Assembly (NCBI GenBank): GCA_030264375.1
Contig: JASCQW010000162.1
Span: forward strand, 44,742,869 to 44,806,868
Length of the DNA: 64,000 nucleotides
DNA from: Carcharhinus longimanus
Lineage: Eukaryota
Direction of reading: 5' to 3'
Within the stretch, counting starts at the first letter, position 1. Every line of letters starts with the position of its first letter. A model generated the notes under the pieces. It was given only the letters and a program-made list of their open reading frames with translations, was not told where the DNA came from and made no database searches. This document shows positions 40,301 through 50,311 of the stretch, piece by piece. The translations under genes and the position numbers were made by a program.

Positions 40301-42042
40301 AGAATTTATCACTAGATTGCCAAACACATAATTCTGATTCATTCTTTTTGAACAATATTGTGGTTACAAAAAAGGATCAGATGATCAATTCTGTATGTGC
40401 TCTGTCTGCACCAAGTACTAAGAGTGTTCTGGAATTTGTCACTCAAAGAGGCCTTTGGTTATGTTAAAGAAATTGTTTTGGTGAGCGGGGGGTGGGGTCC
40501 TACCTTCTGTACTGTTCATCAGTCTAAATTATCAAAAGGCTCTTTTTTAACATTGCAACATAATTAGCTACACAAAACCTGGACACAAAGCTCATAAAAG
40601 AGTTCAAAACAACTTTGTTATTTGGTCATTAATCAGGACAACCCAATGGTGACTCATTTTGTTATATATCTTGAGTTCCTGAGTATCCTCTGACTGCCCA
40701 AACCAAACCAATCACATAAAGACTATAAATACATGAAAGGTAATGCGCATTTCTTTTACCACATTGAAAATGTGGAGAAACTAATATTGAAAAAGTGAAC
40801 ACAGGATCATTTAAAAGCAAAAAGTATATAACCAAAGCACTTCTAGACCAGGCTGTTAAATGAATTCGACAGAGTTGTAATTTCATGCTTTTCCAGCTTC
40901 TTCTTAAATTGTAATTTTACTTTATGGACAAATGAGTCATGCTCTGCAGAAGCATTATTATTATGTTATTTTTTAATTTGTTAGCAGCTCACAATCCAAA
41001 AATTCACCAATGATTTCTAAAATTAAATTATTCCCAGTATAAACTGTTTCATGTCATTCTTATCGATTTTTGAATCACATCCTGCATTTGAATCACATCC
41101 TGCTTTTTTTTTTATTTAGCAGAAATCAAATTACTTTTGGCTGAATTGAGTGTAAAATGTTCCTTAATTTAAAGCCTCTATTAAAGTTGAATCAATACCA
41201 TGCCTACTTTGTTGCTTCCAATGGAAAGTCACTTTGGTTTTACACTTACCCTTAGATGCATTAACTACAAGGGAAATTCAACAGCAAAGGTACAGCAATA
41301 GTTCATCAATTCAATAAAAAATTATTAATACTTTAAATTTGGATGATTTTGAGAGACATGATGCAGTGCTCCACCTTGACTGTAGTATAACAGTGAGGGC
41401 ATTGTGGCAGTTTGAAAATAAATCATTTGTAAAGTGCTGCTGTTCTATCTTATTTTAGAAATTACATCAGCTTAAATTGTCAGCTTTACAAAAATATAGA
41501 GGTACTAAAACTTCATTGTGAGCTATAACCTTTTGAATGGTGCAGTGTTGGAGCAGCCAGTATGGCAGCACCATGACCAATTGTTTACAAACAATACAGG
41601 GTTACATTCAGGAATGGGATTATCAATAATGTCATTATCAAATGACATTATCATTTGGCATTGAAATAGGTACTCTATCTATTCTAAATACGTTAGGGGT
41701 GTGCTATGTTAAATTATTCCTATGATAATGGATGCTTGTTTAACTTTCATTCCTTTATGAAATTACTCAACATGATTTGTAAGTCCCTACTTTTGATGGG
41801 AAGGATGAAATTCTCAACTATTTTTAAACAAGACATTTTCTTACTGTAATGCAGCCTGTCTGTTACACTATGGAGTCAAAGAAACACCACCTGGAACTGA
41901 CAGAGTTGTTAATCACATTGTTCCGTCTCATAATGTCCCACTGGACCTGCTAATTATCCCTGTTTACACCATATTGTCCCATCACTAATTAAATTACGTA
42001 TGTATAAAGTCTAAATGGAATTAGTCCAAACACACAGTATTA

Positions 42043-42759
<717 letters not shown>

Positions 42760-42815
42760 TTATTGTGAAATGCCAATTAGCTTTGATGATTAATATAAAA
42801 CGTATGCTTTTGAAA

Positions 42816-43145
42816 GAATATAGAATCCCTAATTGCAGAAAGAGACCATTGGGCCCATTGAGTTTGCATAGACTCTCCAAATGAAAGTGCCCTCCCTCCA
42901 CTTTATCTCCATAACCCCGTGCATTTACCATGACTAATCCACCTACCTATACATCTTTGAAAACTGAGGGGCAAGTTAGCACGGCCGCTTGACCTAACCT
43001 GCACATCTTTGGACTGTGGGAGGAAACCCACGCAGACACAGAGAGAATGTGCAAATTCCAAACAGACACAGTGACCCAAAGCCGGAATCAAACCCAGGTC
43101 ACTCGCGCTGTGAGACAACAGTGCTAACCACTGTGCCACCATGCT
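42816..43145 (-). mobile_element. HE1-like SINE in EPHA4 intron 2, ~100 bp from the exon 3 acceptor
   Basis: atagaatccct tail on plus, ggactgtgggaggaaaccc body, and gtgctaaccactgtgccacc head. Confidence 0.88.
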
Positions 43146-46100
43146 GTATTTGCCACAAGAAAGTGCACTTATCTGCATCCCCCAAAAATTGTCTAATTTT
43201 ACTTTGTGTATATGCAGTAACAAAAGTTGGAGCATTTTAACAGCTGCATGTATTTGTATTGCCCCTTTAATAAAGTAACCACTCCAAGATGCTTCCTGAA
43301 GGACAGGCAGATGCCAAAAGGCACTGACATATTAGTGAGATGACTGATGATCAGAGATAAGTTGCAGAAGGTTCTAGGTGGGGTGTGAAATAATAAGAGA
43401 GATAAGAGAGATAGTTCCCAAAGGGCAAAAAAAGGGGAGAATGTGCAAGAAACCAGACTTGGAACAGCAGAGAACGTGAGCAAAGACAGCGTTGGAGGAG
43501 GCTGCAGAGAGAAGATGGGGTAAGGCTGGAATAGACTTGTAAAGGCAAAGAGTTTGGGGAAGTATGGGCCAACAGCAAAAAGAGAGGCAAGGAAGATAGC
43601 ATGGAAACAGATGAGAACTGTATCAATTGGAATTTGTATAGAATGGAATCAATGTACCTTTTGGATAACGTGCTGAACAATAACGTTTCCATTTGTTAAA
43701 ATCTTAAATTAGATGTCAATGTGTAAAGTTGAATATTTTTATATTAAAAAACCTTGTTTGATATGTATTTTTAAAATGGTACCTGTTAACTCAATACTAC
43801 ACCCGTTTGTATTCAAAATCAGTCTTCACATATGGGAAAGTTCTTTGTGCAGAGTAGAGTGCAGTAGGGAGAGATTCAGATGGTTTTTAACCAGAGCCCT
43901 TTCATCTCGCATTTGTCAATGTGGCTGGTTCCGTTTAATAAGAAAAAAGTGGAGCCGGTGAGCTGCACCTGCTATCTGCCGAGCTCGCCACACGAGTCCT
44001 CCTGTCAGCCCCGTAATCTCCCACTCATTACCCTGAACTTGCTGGGGAATTAATAAAGATTCAATGACCATCGCGTCCTTCTGAGTCCCCGGGAGACTGG
44101 GTTCCAGGGTTTAATTTATCAGTGCAATGTGTTAAATCTTGTTAGCGACAAAACGATAAACTCTAATTAGAAGCTGCCTTTAAATGAAACTACACACCGG
44201 GGTCATGTCTGCTCCTGATCCGCCCACCTTCATCAACTGAGTGTGTGTGCAAGTGGACTGACTGGAGTCCCTCGCCGCCCTTTTTAATTAATTCTAAACT
44301 CTGTCATTTATTTTCAATGGCGCAGCTGTAATTTCAAACATTTTTTTTGTTTACTGTAAATCCCGCTTTGCAATGGACACCTTCCCCACGCTCGTTGCGT
44401 TGGCTTGTATGAAGGTGTTATTATTTGGAAATGAGAACCAGGAGAGGCTGCGTACCATATTGTAATAAAACATTGGCCAAGGGAAATCGAAATAAATGCC
44501 TCAAGTGCACTTTGTGCGGCAGAGAAGCAAGGGGGCTGTTTAATTTTTCACAAGGGTTTATAAATAGGACTGAAGTGCATGTTATGAAAGCAACTAACCT
44601 TTCAAGTAGATGGAAAGCGTTTCAACATTAAACACCGTTTTGTAAATTTAAAAAAAGTGTCCTCCCCGCTATGGCCACCACCCGCTTTTAATTAAATGAC
44701 CCACCATTCAAACCCAAACCTTTCTTCTTTGAGAAATCAGTTCATTCAAGACGACCATCATTGACAGTCTCGACTCTAGTTTCCCCTTGTCTCTACAATC
44801 AGCGACCTTGTGTGGGTGCTGGGTTCCGGGAGGGGGTCTGACTGTTGCTGAGATGGCCCCCCCCCCCCCCCCACCTCCCACCTCCGGTCCCCGCGTCTTA
44901 GTGCTCAGAAAATGGGAGAAACTCCCGCCACCACAAGCGTGTTTGCACATCTCCATTCTGCCGGCTGTCAATCAACCTTCATTTGCCCAGCTCCAGCCCC
45001 AGAAGCAGCAGCGTGCAAATAGACACGGTGCAAATAGGAAATTCACAGCTCAAGTTCAGCTCGCACCAGCCATTCAAACCGTAGCCATCTCGTCCGCGTT
45101 TGCTATTTCGCAGATCTGTATCTATTGAAACCGAATCAGTAACGCAATCCCTATTACAGACAGGAGGTTTAGTGTGTTTAATTACTAACTACAGCATTTT
45201 GACTGAGGAGGCTTTGTGACATTAATGATGGGAAGAAATCATCAGGGAACTACCTGCTTGCAGACAGCGGTTTGGGTTTTTAAAATTACATATTTAGAGT
45301 ATTCTGTTGAATGGAAAGAAAATGTGTAGTTGTTTTGTTTGGGTGCGGGGTTACTGGAAATGACAGGCCGTGTCTTGTGAGCAGTCACAAGCGGTGGTTG
45401 AAGCGAGTCTGGGAAGACGGGCTTGTCACGGGCAGAAAGCTCAGACTTGTGTTTTGACATTTTTCACTTATCTGGAAATGGAGACTGTGTGCAAACTCGT
45501 GCTCATCCCCCCTGCCGCCCCCGAGTTCCCATTCCAGCTCCAACACCAGGTTCACTGAGTCTGCTAAAGAAAGCTGACCTCTCTCTCTGATCTAACCTCA
45601 GTCCGGCTGCATCCTGAGGGATCCACTCGATTCTTGATGCCATTGGAATCTTTTTCCCATTCACCGGCTCCCCCCCCCCCCCCCCCAATTAACGCCTGGT
45701 TACTCTTTGGCCAACTCACCGCAATCCTTGCCAAACCCTTCACTAGGTCAATACTGTCAGACTACGTTGTCTATGTTCTCAAACCATTTCGATGAGCTAG
45801 CCACTGCAACCTTGTATTTTGGCACCTCTCTGAGTTTTTATTAATCCGCACACTAAGTTTCCTTTAGCTGCTTCTCGACAGTTCAAATGGGTTTTATTTT
45901 CTCAATCATGTGATCACTCAGGAAAGTTGGGGGGGGGTGAAGAAATGATCTTATCCGTTTTCTACTTAAGCAGCTCGGCTTCAGCCCTGGCCGTTCGGGT
46001 TTCCAGTTCTACATGCTGGAGTTTTCCGAGGGGAGGATATGGTTTCTGCTCACAAAGACTAATTCAGTTCAACGGCAGCATTTGTGGAAACCTGACCTCG

Positions 46101-46185
46101 CCCTCCGCGATCTGCTCCAAATGCTCCCATTAGCCCGGGAACCGAATACTTCTCAATATGAGACAGTGCAAGTTGTAATACTCAC

Positions 46186-46253
46186 TCCGCCTTCGGCAGG
46201 GAATGCCTCCCAGCCCAGCTCGCCTTGAACAGACCGGGAATCCAACAGAATCA
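46186..46253 (-). CDS. EPHA4: EPHA4 coding exon 2 ((V)ILLDSRSVQGELGWEAFPAEGG)
   Basis: Acceptor cccacag|TG and donor GGA|gtgag bound a 68-nt exon. LLDSRSVQGELGW is the EphA4 ligand-binding-domain N-terminus. Phase 1 in, phase 0 out. Confidence 0.97.
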
Positions 46254-46464
46254 CTGTGGGGTGTAGAAGCAAAACCATTAAAGAGAGGACAAGTGCAGCG
46301 GTGGATAAATGGCTCCAACTCTTTCCCCATTCCATATGTAAAATGTCACTGCGTCTCCGCAACTTGCCAATAAACCACTTCAAAAGGAATGGAGTGGCCA
46401 ACCCAATGTGTCCCGCTGCCGTGCCCCAACTTTATTAACGCTTTAACATTCCTGGTTCCGTTTT

Positions 46465-46560
46465 TTTTATTTGATTTATTATTGTCACATGTATTAGTAC
46501 ACAGTGAAAAGTATTGTTTCTTGCGCGCCAGACAGACAAAGCATACCACACATAGAGGAG
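46465..46560 (-). mobile_element. Rex1/Babar-type LINE 3' UTR tail in intron 1
   Basis: atttgatttattattgtcacatgtattagtacacagtgaaaagtattgtttcttgcgcg is homologous to 55820-55930 and, in reverse, to 60360-60455. Confidence 0.7.
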
Positions 46561-48374
46561 AGGGCGCAGAGGTTACTGGAGCCGGACACATCTACTGACA
46601 ATTGACAGATGAGTCGACTTGAAATATTGCACTGAAGTTCGGAGTCATCACCACATTCCTTATTGAGCAGATTGTTAGTTCGATTGCATTGCAGTGTGCA
46701 GCAACATCTGAGGGTACTGGTTACGTTTTATGTGAAATGGAAGCAAACTGAGACAGGGGTAGCTTTATTGGTTGTTTTCAATGGTACGGTGGTGGGGAGG
46801 GGGGAAGAGTTGTACAGAGAAGAGATGGAACTGTTTGAAACTGCCTGTAATGCACACTGACGGAACTCTGCAGGTATATGATGTATTGATAGCGGTAAGC
46901 ACTCGTCTCCTGCACTGGCTGGTGGGAAGGACAAGCAGGACATTTAAATAGAAATCTGCCAAGGGGCTGTGCGACCTCTGTCGCTCTGGTGGCTTTTAAC
47001 AGCTCCGTGGGTTTTTTTTTGGGGGGGAAAGAGAGGAGGGGAGGGGATATTTTCAGGGAACGGCTTCGAAAGCAGCAATGTGTTCCCAACTCTTCCAGCG
47101 GACTTTGAATGAAATCGACGCTGGCCATCAGGTTGTGTTAGGGAGCCTGAAACACACTCGTAAATCTTATTTAAGGATTTGTTGGAAAGTGCCTACAGGC
47201 TTCTTGCTGGCATCTCAATCCGATTTCCAGGGGAGTGAGGGAGCTGGAAAACCACAGGCTTTAGCACTGCAACCCCCCATCGTTTAAAGGCGTGTTGCGA
47301 ATTGCTTGCCAGACCTCTCTGGGTGAATAGAAGGTAGCTTACACTGCGGGAAGACAATGAGGACTCAATCCGCACCCTCCCCCGCCCCCCACCCCGCTTC
47401 AGAATGGAGGGCAGACGTGGATTGAATGTTAAGGAACTGTGGCCACAAACCCGGCTGCCACCAGCGGATAACTTGTGTCTTTTTTAAAATTCTCATTGCA
47501 CCGGTTCTCACACAGTGAAACTATTTTTTTTAAGTGAAGCCGCACTCGCCTGCATTTTAGCCAAAGCTGCTGTTTCTGGGGGGGGAGGGGGGGGGGGTTT
47601 GGCATGAGATATAATGAAAATCACCCGTCAAAACCCATCCTGATCCCTATGTGGCCACGGCGCACTCAGAGCCAGACCACAACTCAAAACTGACACTTTG
47701 CTCATCCAGTTCCATTCGCAACTGCAGAACTGGTGAAGATTCTCACTGGTATCACCGCTTGGACTCAGCGCACCGGGCAGAGCTCTGGACTGGATTTGCA
47801 GCTTGTCACAAACACCACATATTGTATGGGGGAGAGAGAGGACGGGGGGAGGTCGTGGAAAGGAGTTAGGAGCACTCTGTAACAAAATGAAACTCCACAC
47901 AACTGGCCGCAGAGACCAAAGCCACTGGCAGCAAAGTCAATTTCTCTGCATTGAGTCTGTCTGCGGGAAGGGGGGGGGGGGGATGGGGACGGAATCAAAG
48001 CGCGTGTTAAAGCGGGTGGTGGGAGCTGAGTTGCTCATTCTCCCAGCGCCGGATTAATTTTAATATCTGCCCTCTTTACAGTTTAANNNNNNNNNNNNNN
48101 NNNNNNNNNNNNNNNNNNNNNNNNNNNNNNNNNNNNNNNNNNNNNNNNNNNNNNNNNNNNNNNNNNNNNNNNNNNNNNNNNNNNNNTTCTCCCAGCTCCG
48201 GATTAATTTTAAGATCTGCCCTCTTTACAGTTTAAACAACCCACCTTCCCTCCCTGTCTCTCTCTCCCTGCCCCAGTTACACTGGCTTTTTTTGGAGGTT
48301 GCAGGGAAGCTGAGACAAGTTCACAGAGCGGCAGCTTCACAAGCACGTTCCTTTCTCTCTCATCGCCAACTTAC

Positions 48375-48465
48375 CTTGGTTGGGCGGATGGACCTTTGAA
48401 TTATAAAAAGCTGCAGCGGTACCGAGTATTAGCGCCCAGGCGGTTAACTGTACAATCCCGGCCAT
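48375..48465 (-). CDS. EPHA4: EPHA4 coding exon 1 (signal peptide MAGIVQLTAWALILGTAAAFYNSKVHPPNQ + 1 nt)
   Basis: Manual translation, absent from the ORF track. ATG lies in a strong Kozak context (aagccATGG). It encodes a hydrophobic signal peptide resembling the EphA4 N-terminus (MAGI...RVYPANE). The 91-nt exon ends CAAG|gtaag, a phase-1 donor matching exon 2. Confidence 0.93.
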
Positions 48466-48800
48466 GGCTTATCTCCGGTTATTAGCAGCCCGCGGAGTTG
48501 AGCTTCACTTTGGATCGCTCTATCCCGGTGGAATAGTGACTGGAGTTTGGGAGCTGCAGTTTGTAGACATTGCCGAGGGGGCGGGCCCGCACCTGACGTC
48601 AGCTGTCAATCACAGGGATCCAGTCAAAATACACTGGCTGCAGCCTCAGCCCAGAGCCCCCAACTCTGATCCACTGGAATCAGCGCCCCCACCCCCCGCA
48701 ACTTCCCCTGGAGTCAACACCAGCCCGAATGATCCCACAGGCACAGGATCAAACTGCGGGAGGTCTCTAACTATGAGTGCTTTGTCTTTGGCTTTTGGGC
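48466..48800 (-). promoter_or_regulatory. EPHA4 5'UTR/proximal promoter, GC/CpG-rich
   Basis: GC box GGGGCGGG at 48578-48585, perfect CRE TGACGTCA at 48594-48601, PBX-MEIS/PREP decamer TGATTGACAG on the minus strand at 48603-48612, and a ZNF143/THAP11-like ACTGCAGCTCCCA on the minus strand at 48548-48560. All lie within ~150 bp upstream of the ATG. The TSS is not determinable. Confidence 0.7.
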
Positions 48801-48830
48801 AAAGTGCTTTGGCTGCAGGGCAAATATTAG

Positions 48831-49445
48831 CACAGCCCAAAACACAGACCTGGCTACAGAGCTACACAGTCACATAGCCCAAAACACAGACCTGGCTACA
48901 GACCCACACAGTAAGACAGCCCAAAACACAGGCCGGGCTACAGACCCACACAGTAACACAGCCCAAAACACAGACCTAGCTACAGACCCACACAGCCCAA
49001 AACGCAGACCTAGCTACAGACCCACACAGTAACACAGCCCAAAACACAGACCTAGCTACAGACCCACACAGTCACACAGCTCAGGACACAGAGACCAGAC
49101 TCCCCATCTATACATTAACACAGCCGAGGACATACAGACCTGGCTACAGATTCACACAGTAACATGGCCCAGTACACAAACCCGGTTGCAGATCCACACA
49201 GTAACACAGTCCAGAAAACACAGATCTGGCTACAGACCCACACCGTAACACCATGCAAAACACAGACCTGGCTACAGATGCACACTGTAACACAGCCCAA
49301 GATACAGATCTGGCTACGGAGCCACACAGTAACACAGCCTAGGGCATGCAGATCTGGCTACAGATCCACACAGCAACACCATGCAAAACACAGACCTGGC
49401 TACAGATCCACACAGTCACACAGCCCAAAACACAGACCTGACTGA
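48831..49445. repeat. Minisatellite, ~42-bp unit, ~14.5 copies (consensus CACAGCCCAAAACACAGACCTGGCTACAGACCCACACAGTAA)
   Basis: Units start at about 48831, 48873, 48915, 48957, 48991, 49033, 49075, 49119, 49163, 49205, 49249, 49291, 49333, 49377 and 49419. Confidence 0.95.
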
Positions 49446-50292
49446 CCCCTCCACGCGCTAAACTCAGTGCAACGTCTGAAGTTTCTGTCCTATTTAATTC
49501 TCGAAGCAGTATTTATTTATGGAGAGGAAGGGGTCCAGACATTGTAAATGGCTTGAAGACGCAGATTTTGGACAGTCATGGGTGTAACTCATGTTTTAAC
49601 GTTCTCCCATTTTTGAAAATGATGAGCCAGTGCTAGGCCTCCCGCTGTCATTCTGTCCTCAGTGGGTGAAAATTAAACGCAGGGAATCAGCCATTGAATC
49701 TTGAAACAAAAATCGGAAACGGTTTTCATTTCTAGCAATCGATTGGAATATCTAATGATAGGAACACTGCCCTGATCAGTCACAGGTAGTCAATAAGCAA
49801 GAACGATCAACCATTTTTCACCTTGCAAAGATGATTCACACTATTAACTGACCAGGATGAATAACTACATTCTTCCAGTTAGTCAAATGCACTGACACTT
49901 TTATCCTTTCTTATTTCCCCTTCGAAGTATTTCAGTAATCGTTTGTCATTGGACTCTCATATTGCAAAAACTATACTTTATTGGCACATTAGCAGCATGA
50001 TCTGATTGTGAGCTGTAAGGTCCAAAAATTATTTCCAAATTGGATATGTTAAAAAAAATACACCTCGAAAACTCAATTTGGTGCCTCTCGGGTAACTCTT
50101 CGGAAGTTGTTGCAAAAATGTATTAAACTCCGGCTGGATCTAAAGCTTGTTTCTCATCTCATCCAAACCTGTCTTCTCAACTTATCGTCTTGCACTACTT
50201 CCATCTATGTGACGAATGATTGCAAGCCTCTGAACACAGACTGAGTAACTGGAACCGGAGCGGCAAGCAGCTTTGCTCGCCTTCCAACCCTC

Positions 50293-50311
50293 CAGCACCA
50301 CCTAGTGGAAC
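50293..50311 (-). promoter_or_regulatory. Candidate CTCF binding site
   Basis: Plus strand CAGCACCACCTAGTGGAAC, i.e. minus-strand CCACTAGGTGGTGCTG, a close match to the CTCF core CCASYAGRKGGCRS. Confidence 0.6.

Larger units (their letters stand above)
43900..48800. promoter_or_regulatory. Extended CpG-enriched, TE-poor domain over exon 1, intron 1, exon 2 and intron 2
   Basis: CpG dinucleotides are visibly more frequent here than in the CpG-depleted bulk of the window. Several poly-G/poly-C tracts. Not quantified. Confidence 0.6.

Noticed and set aside
41626-41651. Perfect 11-bp inverted repeat ATAATGTCATT-atca-AATGACATTAT
   Set aside because: Short and AT-rich, too small for a miRNA precursor. 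Plausibly a local template-switch event or chance.
48831-49445. Repeat array as CRISPR-like, or its Cys/Thr-rich ORFs as proteins
   Set aside because: Contiguous tandem units without unique spacers, in a vertebrate context with no cas genes. The ORFs arise because 42 is divisible by 3.
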